Part shown: positions 12,650 through 22,973 of the stretch, piece by piece
Layout: the number at the start of each line of letters is the position of its first letter
Numbering within the stretch: the first letter of the stretch is position 1
Origin: Octopus vulgaris
Taxonomy: Eukaryota
Reading direction: 5' to 3'
NCBI GenBank assembly: GCA_951406725.2
Contig: OX597831.1
Span: forward strand, 75,454,001-75,518,000
DNA length: 64,000 nt
Notes under the pieces: model-generated
The model's input: only the letters and a program-made list of their open reading frames with translations
Told to the model about the DNA's origin: nothing
The model's database searches: none
Program-made: the position numbers and the translations under genes

Positions 12650-14583
12650 CTCCTCTCCTCTCCTCTCTCTGAACTTTTTGTCGAGATTTAAAAGAATGAA
12701 TGAAAAGGTTGGGTGTTCGACACCAATACCTGGCCAGGTATTTATTTAGCCCCTGCTACTGAAAACGAAAAAAATTACCGCATCAATTTCTTTTTATTGA
12801 GGCAGCATAATTATCTACACCCTTCCTAGTTCGCCTGTAAAGGATCGAATGCAGCACAAATCCGCAGACAAGAAGATACGCAGGACTGCGCTAGGTTTTA
12901 CTCCACCCCCTCCGTTTTCCCACACACGAGGTCAAGACGATTCCAACGAAAAAAAAAAAAAATGCAGGGAGACGAGGAATTTCCAAAGTTCCTCTCCCCT
13001 CTGTTTTCCACGGGAAAAAATGCCATTCCGACAGCTTATGAGGTCAACTAAGACGATTGCACTAAAAAAAAAAATAAATAAAACGCGGGAAAAAATTATT
13101 TACTACCGAAATTGAGTTTGGTGTAAAACTAAATTTGACAAAATTTTTTTTTGCTCAGTGCCTGGTTTATTATGGTGCGGCTGTGGACGTTGCTGTAGTT
13201 TATCAGAAAATATTTAGCTTATATCGTTTAATGTTATCTTCATACAATTTTAAATACAGGTCATATGCTGGGAAACTGAAGTTTTAACTATTTCACATGC
13301 CAACCACTTAATGGTTTGCATTAATGGACTTGTCAACTGGAAGATAGGAAGGGCAGCCATAACTGAATTGCATTTAGCAGTATCAGGTGTCGTGTATTAT
13401 TTGTCTTGTTCCACTCAGGATGTTTCTAAGAATTGCTTGTCTGATTTATAAAGAAATAGGAGAACGAATGAAGAATAAGCCAACAGATCAGGATTCCAGA
13501 GAAATTAGTGAACATCAACCTCCCTCCATCGCCCCTCAGTACTAAGACGAACCAATGAGAGAAGTCTGTGCGTGATCGTTGCACCTGCTTGAAATAGCAG
13601 CCAAATTTATCTTAAATGACACTCTATAGTTGTCAAAAACAACAACAATGGTTTGTGCATGTGTGTGACGAAGTTTATATTAGAAAATGAAAATAGAAAT
13701 AAGTCACAGGTAAATTTTTACCTACGCTCGTTTCATGAGACGGGCGTCATTGTTGAGGAAGGGCTTTCGAAATAGTAAACTTCTCATGGAGAAAGGAGGG
13801 ACAAAGAATTGGGTGGTTCTTTTGTTTTGTTAGTCATTTGACTGCGGCCATGCCGGAGCACCGCCTTTAGTCGAGCAAATCCACCCCAGGACTTATTCTT
13901 TGTAAGCCTAGTACTTATTCTATCGGTGTCTTTGCCGAACCGCTAAGTGACTGAGACGTGAACACACCAGCATCAGTTGTCAAGCGATGTTGGGGAGGAC
14001 AAGCACAGATACACATACATACATGTATGTGTGTGTGTATATATATATATATATATGGCGATCTTTCGGTACAAGTACCATAACTGCCAATTATAAACCC
14101 ACGTGGGTTTATTTAAAAAAATATCTTTTTCCTGGAAGTTAGGAGGAAACAAAGTCGGTGTGGGGGCACACTTGTGTAGGTAAACCCAGCGCTAGACAAG
14201 CAAATACATATCAAAGAAATTCCAACAGCGACCATCTCGTATTTCTAAGTAAATTTTTACTACGTTCCACTCGTCACATGAGACGTCTGTAAATTGTAAA
14301 CATTTACCGGAAAAGAGCAGGAAATTGTGGGTGGGGAAAATGCCAAGAACAAAAACATTGTTTCACAGAAGTAAACAACCAGGAGGAGGAGGAGTGGATG
14401 TGTGGTAAGTAGCTTGCTTACCAGCCACATGGTTCCAGGTTCTATTATAGCCACGGGCCGACCAAAGCCTTGTGAGTGGATTTGGTAGACGGAAACTGAA
14501 AGAAACCCGTCGTATATGTAAATATATATATATATACATACATACATACAGATATACATACAGATATATATACATATATATAT

Positions 14584-14643
<60 letters not shown>

Positions 14644-14949
14644 TGAAATGGATAAATGAATTATCTTGTTACGGATTATTCAAATTATAACCGATACCTG
14701 GGTAGCAAAAATCACAACAGAAAAATCACGGTTGAGGTTACGACCATATATATATATATATATATATATACTAGCATTATGACCTGTCGTTGCCGGGTCA
14801 TAGTGCTAGTGCATGTATATATGTGTATATATATGTGTACATATTACATGTACATCTATATATACATCTACACATAAAATACAAACTTATATCTTGATAT
14901 CGCTAGTGATAACAATACTCAAAATATATAACAGACTGGAATTGTAAGC

Positions 14950-15224
14950 CCGTCTCTTGCAATTTCGATCAATTGTATCTTGTCCTCCCTCTTGTATAGA
15001 AGTGTGGCTATAATCCAGCCTACCTCTACTGCTAGGGCGGGGGGCATTTTAAATTTTTATCCGGGACGTCCTACGTCCCAGATATAAAGGTAAAAATAAA
15101 ATATTTCCACTTTGCATGCTCCGTTGACTTGAACCTTGCTTCTATTGTGGCGAATTTACCGCCTCTGGTTAGATATCTTTCATAGTCGCACCAAGACACT
15201 TTTCGATGGTGCTTTCCTCCAGGT
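14950..15224 (-). pseudogene. 3' half of a decayed Tx1-type ORF1 (insertion target)
   Basis: Frameshifted peptides LEESTIEKCLGATMKD / YLTRGGKFATIEARFKSTEHAK / NILFLPLYLGRRTSRIKI align with ORF1 at 19139-20185 (IEEKKIENCLKPLMDKITYINRGKRYGTVEVRFTTEEIAK...NIVLLPLYRGKRTSKI). Confidence 0.8.
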
Positions 15225-15469
15225 TGTTTTATTATTACCCACAAGGGGCGAACATAGAAGGGACAATACAATCTGATGTGGGGTCAGACACACGAATGGA
15301 TTTTTACAATAAATCGAATTTAAAAATTTACATGAAATTACAAAATAGACACAAAATCGAATGATGGAACAGACCGGAAGACATTACGGGTGGAGTGGGT
15401 GCGGGTTTCGCTCGGACCCCACGAGCCCCGCCTCCCCACTGATACTTTTGGTTACGCTTGGTCTTACAT

Positions 15470-18400
15470 TTATGTTGTATCATTCACTCGCAACTTTCGT
15501 GCTACATCTTTCCATCGTTCTTCATACACTCTCCTAGTCAGGCATATTCTCTCCAGCCCTATCTTCCTTTTCAGGTGAAAGATGAAATAATTCATCAAAC
15601 CAGGGCCGGAGATGAACTTGCCTGACTGTAGACCTTTCATTCTCGTCTTCCATATCACCTCTTTCGCAATTGCTACTACAACGAGAAAACAAAACTTACC
15701 TTCTTTCGCGAGGAAATCCGGTGGGTCAATTTTTGTAATCGACTCAGTCGACAGCTGTACTCTTCGTGTACCTGACAACAGCTGTTCGGCATAAACCCAC
15801 ACCTCAGACACGTCCGGACAATGAACAATAGCGTGCGGGACGGTTTCCCTATCCCGCCCGCATCTTGGACATATCGGACTGTCTTGGCCACCGTGCCTTG
15901 CGAGTTTATCCCGAACAGGTAGAGCTCCTCTGTAGCATTGCCATGCCAGAGACTTCTGGAAGTTGTCCAGTGTCTTCGGCTCGAACGTACGTCGGAACAG
16001 ACTGGCCAGCTGATTATCGTCGAGACCTAGGGTTTCCCCCAAGGTATCTTCACATTCCGCCTCTACCAACCCTCTATAGAAGAATGTGGTGGAACCCTCA
16101 CCGCAGGCGTTGCCCGAGCGACGGAATAGCAGGAGAGCCTTGCGACACTCCGTGTACCAAGTGCCAAGTTTCGATCTACGATTCAGCCAGGTTTCCCATC
16201 CACCGAAACTAGTGAACTTGGGAAACATCAGTTTTGCTAGCAGAGACCACACCCGTTCATCATCCAGGTAGAGCCACAGATGTCTTAACCTCAGCGCATG
16301 TCTGCGCATCATCAGCCAAGGCATCCCTAGCCCACCCTTTAACGGTTGTTGACAGCAAGTAGAGCGTTTCACAAGTGGTTTCCCGCCCTTCCACAAGAAG
16401 TTGAAGAGCTGTCTTTCCAACTTGATCAACCACGAATCAGGGCAAGGAACGATGGAAAGGCGGTAGGTGATAACCGATGCGATAAACACATTGGCCACCT
16501 CCGCCCTCCCTTTCAGGGATAGCCACCGCCAAGACCAGATCTTGGTTACTGCAGCCACCCTGCTCGATACCTCGCCCCAATTCTTCTCTATTTGGAGGTC
16601 TGGACCGAACCAGACCCCTAGCAATTTAATCGGACCCTCCGTCCAACGTCCCACGACGCTGTCAGGAGGCATCGACTTGCCTCTCCAGGTGCCGAGTTGC
16701 AAGCCGACTGACTTTTCGCGATTAACTTTTGCTCCTGTCACCGTCTCGTAACCCTCTATGGCCTTGCCTACTTTATGTAGGTGGTCCATTTCGGTTACGA
16801 TGATGGTGATGTCATCCGCGTACGCTGACACCGATTTTCCACTACCTGGCTGTCTCGGGATGCCGCTCAGTTTTCGCAGTAATGGCTCAAGAGCCATCAC
16901 ATACAAAAGCGGGGAGAGTGGACACCCTTGATGAACCGAGCGCTTGATTTTGAACGGCTTCGACAAGAAGCCGTTCACCCGAACTACCGAGTCGATGTTA
17001 TCGTAAATTTGGATAATCCACCTGAGGAAGCCAAGGCTCAGCCCGAACTGTGCCAGAGCAGATACCAGGTAACGATGGTCGACCCTATCAAATGCTTTAG
17101 ATTGGTCTAATTGGACCAGTGCCCCACCCTTGCCAGAATCGCTATTAAACCCCTCTATAGTGTACCACATAAGATGGAGATTATCCTGAATGGTTCTGCC
17201 AGGAACGGCACATGTCTGTGCCTCCCCGATCAGACCATCCGCGACACGCGCCAATCTTTTCGATAACACTTTGGCCAAAATCTTCAACTCTGTGTTTAGC
17301 AGAGTGATGGGCCTGAAATTATCAATGCACTCCCCCTTGTTCGGGTCCTTTCTGACGAGTGTCACTACTCCCCGGCGCACAGATCTGGGTATAAGCCCGT
17401 TCTGCTGCCAGTTCGCATAGACCTCCGCCAGTAGGTGCCCGAACAAGTCTGGCATACTCTTATATAACTCATAGGGTAGACCATCTAAACCCGGCGCCTT
17501 GCCCGCGCCACAGTCCGCCATTGCCTCAACCACTTCCTCAGGCGTGATTGGCCCTTCACAGCCCTCCGCATCTCGCCCTGATAAGCGCGGCAGCCCGTCG
17601 AGTAGGTCCGTAAAGGCCCTCCTCCTATCCAGTCCGCCGCACTCACCGAAAAGCTGAGCGAAGTGCTCCTGAAAGGCCTCACACATCTCCTCGGGCTCGT
17701 TTATCAACTCACCTTGTTGGTTCGTCAAAGATCGAATCGTGGCATCGTTACCATGCTGTGCTTCCACCACTCGGGCCCATCTCACGGCGTTGATTCCTTC
17801 ACAACCCATATGGCGGATCCTAGCCCTGACAATGCAGCCCATGTGTTTGGCCTCAAGGTGCTGGTTTAACACCAGTCTCTTGGACGCCACCTGAGCCGCA
17901 GAGCCAGTTTTCAAGGCTTCCTCTAATTCCTTAACTAGAGTAGTTTCCCTTCTAGCCTCTCTAGCCACTACTCCTATGCTATATCTAATTGACTCGAACT
18001 TGATGGCTCGTTTGAGGGCATACCACCATTTGTTATTAATGATGGTACCAGATAGTGCCCTCTGAATTATATTCCTAATCCGGTCTTTGTACTCCTTAAT
18101 CGCCAAAAGGGACGTATTAAGTTTCCAGTAACCGGATCCTCTATTTTTAACCTTATCTATGTCAAGCTTACAGGTGACCATTTTATGATCACTGTAGCTG
18201 ATCGGGTAAAACTGTGGACACTTAGCTATTTTTCTGTCTACTTTTCTAATTAGTATTCTATCTAAATATGACCTGGAAGATCCGTCGCTGTTTGACCATG
18301 TCCACAATGGAGCGTTCGGAAATTCCAGCCTATAAGGATCTGCTAGCTCAAAGCGGCTTAGCAGTTCCATGAAGCCACTGTTACCTTTTCTATCTGAACG

Positions 18401-18853
18401 CGAGCCAACACAATCTACATCCGCTTTGCAAATTGTGTTAAAGTCTCCTAGCACAACTAATGAATGCGAAGTACCAAGAAAGTTTTCTAGTTCACGAAAA
18501 TAATCACTTTGCCCTGTACTGTTGGGTGCGTAAATTGCAACCAGTCTGATAACTTTACCGTTACTGAACGTCAAATCCATGACGACCAGCCTACCTTCTG
18601 GATCTGCAAAAATTAACTTTTTCTCAGAAACCCGGTTTCTTTTTATTAGGACCAACACCCCACTTCCGCCAGTAGAGAAAAAACTCTCGTAGCCGTCAAA
18701 CAGTGGGAGCAGACCTCTTGGCCCCTCTAACCGGGTTTCTGTAGCAACAAGAACATCTAAATTACGCGACCTGATATCATGCAGGAAGCGACCTTGCTTC
18801 CAGCCTGCTCCCAGGCCGCGCACATTCAAACAACCAACATAAATGTAATCCAT
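15470..18853 (-). CDS. Tx1-type ORF2 (APE endonuclease, reverse transcriptase, C-terminal CCHC zinc finger), 1127 aa, uninterrupted
   Basis: NVRGL, ETR, IYAPN, GDFN, YLDRI, SDH, GYWKLN, APGLDG, FRPITLLN, DQSKAFDRV, QGCPLSP, YADD and CPRCGRDRETVPHAIVHC motifs. Confidence 0.95.
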   Translation of the reverse strand: MDYIYVGCLNVRGLGAGWKQGRFLHDIRSRNLDVLVATETRLEGPRGLLPLFDGYESFFSTGGSGVLVLIKRNRVSEKKLIFADPEGRLVVMDLTFSNGKVIRLVAIYAPNSTGQSDYFRELENFLGTSHSLVVLGDFNTICKADVDCVGSRSDRKGNSGFMELLSRFELADPYRLEFPNAPLWTWSNSDGSSRSYLDRILIRKVDRKIAKCPQFYPISYSDHKMVTCKLDIDKVKNRGSGYWKLNTSLLAIKEYKDRIRNIIQRALSGTIINNKWWYALKRAIKFESIRYSIGVVAREARRETTLVKELEEALKTGSAAQVASKRLVLNQHLEAKHMGCIVRARIRHMGCEGINAVRWARVVEAQHGNDATIRSLTNQQGELINEPEEMCEAFQEHFAQLFGECGGLDRRRAFTDLLDGLPRLSGRDAEGCEGPITPEEVVEAMADCGAGKAPGLDGLPYELYKSMPDLFGHLLAEVYANWQQNGLIPRSVRRGVVTLVRKDPNKGECIDNFRPITLLNTELKILAKVLSKRLARVADGLIGEAQTCAVPGRTIQDNLHLMWYTIEGFNSDSGKGGALVQLDQSKAFDRVDHRYLVSALAQFGLSLGFLRWIIQIYDNIDSVVRVNGFLSKPFKIKRSVHQGCPLSPLLYVMALEPLLRKLSGIPRQPGSGKSVSAYADDITIIVTEMDHLHKVGKAIEGYETVTGAKVNREKSVGLQLGTWRGKSMPPDSVVGRWTEGPIKLLGVWFGPDLQIEKNWGEVSSRVAAVTKIWSWRWLSLKGRAEVANVFIASVITYRLSIVPCPDSWLIKLERQLFNFLWKGGKPLVKRSTCCQQPLKGGLGMPWLMMRRHALRLRHLWLYLDDERVWSLLAKLMFPKFTSFGGWETWLNRRSKLGTWYTECRKALLLFRRSGNACGEGSTTFFYRGLVEAECEDTLGETLGLDDNQLASLFRRTFEPKTLDNFQKSLAWQCYRGALPVRDKLARHGGQDSPICPRCGRDRETVPHAIVHCPDVSEVWVYAEQLLSGTRRVQLSTESITKIDPPDFLAKEGKFCFLVVVAIAKEVIWKTRMKGLQSGKFISGPGLMNYFIFHLKRKIGLERICLTRRVYEERWKDVARKLRVNDTT

Positions 18854-18862
18854 TACTTACCT

Positions 18863-20185
18863 TTATATCAGTGGTTCGTTTTTTTCTTTTTCTTCTTTGT
18901 TTATCTCTTTTTCCGGGCCTTGTGGGGGAGTCTGACGTAGGCCCTCGAATATATATGGAGATGTTAAATCCATTCTGAGCGGACCCACAACATGAAAGAA
19001 TTCGGACTTTATCCGCCCGTAATCCTTCCGGCCTATTCTGTAAACTATATAGTCATTCTTTTTCCCTATTTTTTCCACTTTGGCCATAGCTGCCAACACG
19101 TTCCCGAGTCTGTTGTTTGATGCCTTAACGGCCATATATCAGTTCATCGACTCTCTTTTCTTCTTTTGGATCACTCTTGGAGGGGTGGTTTCCGTTTTTC
19201 TTTTTTTTCTAGTGATTTTTGACCACCCCTCCTCATTGCTCTTTTTTTCCTCTGCCGCTGGTTCTGCTGCCTCTGTTACCTCCACACCTTCAGTCGTCCC
19301 TTCTGGGCTGCCCAGCGCTGCTTCTGGTGACACTTCATCTTCTTTTCCACCTGGCTGAGGTGCTTCCTGCGGTTTGGGTTGGGGTTGGCATTCCGCCTTT
19401 ACATGACCCTTCTTGCTGCAGCCGAAGCACCTCGGCTTTCTGCCCTCTACGAAAACTGTTATTCTCTCTTCTTCACTTATTTTAAGGGTTTCTGGAATCT
19501 CCTCCAGTGTTTGGATTTCTGCCTGAATGGCTATTACTATCCGCTGCCCTTTCCAGAATTCCTCCTCCTCTACTGTGGCCTGGAGGATGTTTATTTTTTC
19601 CTCCAGGCCTACCATGACTGCTGCCACCAGACATTCGGCATCTGTCTCTGGCGGAATGTTATTCATCGTGATTTTCGATGTTCTTTTTCCTCTATACAAG
19701 GGGAGGAGAACAATGTTCTCCGCTTTTATTGGCTCCATCGACAGTTTTTTTGCTATCTCCTCTGTTGTGAAACGCACCTCTACTGTGCCGTATCTCTTTC
19801 CTCTGTTGATGTATGTGATCTTGTCCATTAATGGTTTTAAACAATTCTCGATTTTTTTTTCCTCAATTTTTTGTATCATTTTGCTTGTCGTATTAAAGGT
19901 CTTATAGATTATTCTTCTTTTTTCGATTTCTTCATGTTTTTGGGCGTTTGAGACCACTGTCACTTCCGTGCCCTCTTTTGTAACACAGTCCGCATATTTT
20001 TTCAAGTCATCGACGTTTATTTTTTTGATTTTCTTACCAGCTACTTCTGAGAATTTTTTCGCTGGTGTTGGTGCTGGTGCAGGGGTTTCCTTTTTCTTTG
20101 GCGCCACCGCCTCTTTTTTCTTTGGCGACACCTCCGGAGATTCTTCTTCACTAGTCACGGGAGAATATGAGATGGGAGATTCCAT
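18863..20185 (-). CDS. Tx1-type ORF1 (gag-like, zinc knuckle CFGCSKKGHVKAEC) with one in-frame TGA at 19139-19141
   Basis: ATG at 20185 (MESPISYSP...). ORF 18863..19135 continues in the same frame one codon after the TGA. Confidence 0.8.
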
Positions 20186-20411
20186 CTCGAACAACTGGCT
20201 TAACAAGCCCTTGGTAAATTCAAGATAAATGGTATTTTTTCCCCCACGAAGGGGGGAACACCACCACAGAGTCCTCGCACGAAGGCTGACTTCAACAGTT
20301 GTACAACAATAAACAAAGACAGGTAGACACACAGTAGAATATAACGGAGAGAATAAATACGACGGCAAAATATAATAACTTACTATACACGCAATTAGCT
20401 TTCCTCCAGGT

Positions 20412-22129
20412 TGTTTTATTATTACCCACAAGGGGCGAACATAGATGGGACAATACAATCGGGAAAATGAATAATGAATTATGAAGTTTGTACAATGTGG
20501 TGTAATGCCCACTCGATCCCCGAAATCGAGCGGTTACATTTCGTCATTTGTTTTTTATTCGTCAACAATATTTTCCAAATAAAAACATTTTACACATTTT
20601 CAACATACATTTCAAAAATTTTACAAAGTTCAACATTTCTTTTTTTTTCAGAATTTAAAGTTCTTTTTATCATTTCCAAATTAAAGTTTTCACAATACCT
20701 TTTCTTTTATATATACTCCATTATGTCTACCAAATCTGAGTAAACTTCCATCGTTCGTGGCCACCTTGTAAGTCGGCATTTCATATGTTTTGACACGTTC
20801 TTGCCAGCTGCCTCGATGAACGCCTCAGCGTCGTTCTCGTGGACGAGTGCACCTGTTTCTTTCCATTCGGTGCCCATCCTGACCCACGTATATCCATTTG
20901 TTACGTTTATTAAATCTTCCATCTCCTCACAGTGCCTGTGATGGATCAACGTTCCATAGTATTTGAATTTTCTATTCGTACCTACGTTTTCTCTAGTTTT
21001 TCTCTTCGGACTTACTTCCTCTTTTTTCTCCTCCCTCGGTTTCTCTCTTTCTCTCTTTTTGCTTTCTCTTCTTTCTTTTCCCTTCTCTTGTCTTTTTGGC
21101 TCTTTGTCTGCCGTCTCTCTACCCTGTGCCTTATGTTCCTTTCCTGTTGTTTCTTTTCCTTTTTGCATACCATCTTTTCCTTTCTCTTGGTTCTGTTCCT
21201 TCTCTTGTTCTTTTCCTGCTTTTTCTCTTTCCTTTAATGTACTTTCCTTTTCTTTCTCTTGCTTCTGCCTTAGCTCCTTCTCCACTACTTCTGCACCTTG
21301 TGAATTTTGTTCCTTTTCTACTATCTTCTTCCATTTGTTTTCATTTTCCTTCAGTGCGCTGTTACTTCCCTTCTCTTGTTGTTTCTCCGTTATTTCCTTT
21401 TCCTTGTTTTCGCTGTTCTTTCCTTCGTGTTCGTTTTCCTTCTCTCCACTTTGTGTCTCTTTTTGCTCCGCTGTGAATTCATACAGCGGACATTCCTTTT
21501 TTATGTGCCCTCTTGATCCGCACAGGTAGCAATTCGGTTTTCTGCCCTCCACTATTACACTAATTGTTTTCTCGTTTTCTATTTCTATTTGGAAGGGAAA
21601 TCTTTCGATGTCTTCCATTGTGGCCATCAGCCACAACTCTACTCCAAATCCCTTCCAATTTACAACGTTCGTCTCCTTGATTGACCCTATTTCTACTTCC
21701 TCCTTTGCTGCCCCAATAATGGCTGTTACCAGCATTTCTGTTTTAATATCTGGGGGCACCTTTGGGACTCTTACCCGTACCCCTCGTCTTCCTTTATACG
21801 TCGGCCACATAGTGAAATTTTCGGCTTTCAGGACAGTGGAAGCCAATGAGGGCCACCACTTCCTTTGTTGCGCATCTCACCTCCACCGTACCATATTTCT
21901 TTCCTTCAATTGTTCTTTTCTAAAGAACACTTCTCTTATTCTAAGAGACTCGTCACTTTTTGTTGTGGCGACCCCCGCGTAAGTCTCCATGACTTGAGGG
22001 TCGACACACCTTCTATAAAAGGTTCAAACAATCAGCGGCAAACGCCTCGCGCGATTCAATTTTTTGACAATTTTTAACAGTTTGTTTTCAAATTTTCACA
22101 TACAAAATAACTCAATACACACGTGGATT
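20412..22129 (-). mobile_element. ORF1-only non-autonomous Tx1-family element (element A), ~1.7 kb
   Basis: It has an ORF1 homologue and its own 3'UTR, no ORF2, and the same terminal ~50 bp as element B. Confidence 0.8.
20707..21990 (-). pseudogene. Divergent ORF1 of element A (knuckle CYLCGSRGHIKKEC) with an N-terminal deletion and frameshifts
   Basis: ATG at 21990 (METYAGVA...), then frameshifted GKKYGTVEVRCATKE, then the open frame 21846-20707 containing VEGRKPNCYLCG. Confidence 0.75.
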
Positions 22130-22200
22130 GCGTTCCGCCAGGTGTTCAAATCTTCTTTTTTCTCTACATTGTATACTTTATAGACAATAGTCTTTTCTTT
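22130..22200 (-). pseudogene. 5' half of the decayed Tx1-type ORF1 target
   Basis: KEKTIVYKVYNVEKK/RRFEHLAER aligns with EKRRIIYKTFNTTSKMIQKIEEK of ORF1-B and joins collinearly to LEESTIEKCL at 15224. Confidence 0.7.
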
Positions 22201-22922
22201 AATTTAATTTTTTATTATCCATCTGGACTATTCCATTTCTGCACGCTTATTTTATTTTTAATTTATTCCCATTCATGTGAAACCACTTATTCAAGTTCAA
22301 GTCATTGATGCAATTTTATACCAATTGCTATTTTTACTTTTGTTATGTTATGATTATATTATACTTTAGTTTGATTTTAATTATTACTTACTACATATAA
22401 TTCAATTGTTATTATTATTTTTATTGTTAAAGTGAAAGTATCTGACATAAAATAGAAAAATGTTTTTTTTTCACTTTTAACACATAATACTGAAATAGTG
22501 GAGAAGATATGATATTGCTATGGGCTCGCTCTAGGCAAGAAGTTGAACATTTTTTTTGCCCATGAAACTACCTAAGTAAGGCATGTGTAAAATTTGAATG
22601 AAATTGGTTGTGTAGTTCTCAAGTTTTAGGGAAACAGACAGACACACATTCTCAGTTTTATATATAGAGAGAGATTTGTTGAATGAAACACAGAGCATCC
22701 TTAAAGAAATACAGTAACGAAAGGTTTAAAGTCAACTTTGCCTTTCATCCTTTCAGGGTCAACAAATGGGGTTGATTTAATTGGTATCAAAAGGGTTAAT
22801 GGCATTTGAACTCAGAACGTGCAGTCGGAAGAAATGCTCCTAAGCATATTGTCCAGTGTGCTAACAATTCATCCCCACCTCTTCCAAGACTTCAGGCCCT
22901 TGCGCCTTTTGTAGAAAGGATA

Positions 22923-22967
<45 letters not shown>

Positions 22968-22973
<6 letters not shown>

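Larger units (their letters stand above)
15225..20397 (-). mobile_element. Full-length Tx1/L1-clade non-LTR retrotransposon (element B), ~5.2 kb
   Basis: 5'UTR, ORF1 with a CCHC knuckle, ORF2 APE-RT-zinc finger, and 3'UTR ending GGGTAATAATAAAA; both sides are flanked by ACCTGGAGGAAAGC. Confidence 0.92.
14771..22674 (-). mobile_element. Non-autonomous Helitron-like element (~1 kb without inserts) split by nested Tx1 insertions
   Basis: Minus-strand 5' end A|TCTCTCTCTATATATAAAACTGAG at 22674. Minus-strand 3' end is the hairpin CTAGCACTATGACCCGGCAACGACAGGTCATAATGCTAG|T at 14771, matching the Helitron TC...hairpin-CTAG signature at an AT site. Confidence 0.65.

Noticed and set aside
15211-20460. 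63-bp direct repeats read as LTRs or as an assembly duplication
   Set aside because: The enclosed protein is a non-LTR APE-RT. The repeat resolves into a shared 3' end plus target site, and the neighbouring sequences differ completely.
20186-20512. N-terminal extension of ORF1 in the ORF track (457 aa)
   Set aside because: It crosses the element A/B junction; the plausible start is the ATG at 20185.
20932-21529. Hydrophobic F/S/L-rich plus-strand ORFs
   Set aside because: Antisense shadows of the E/K-rich region of ORF1.
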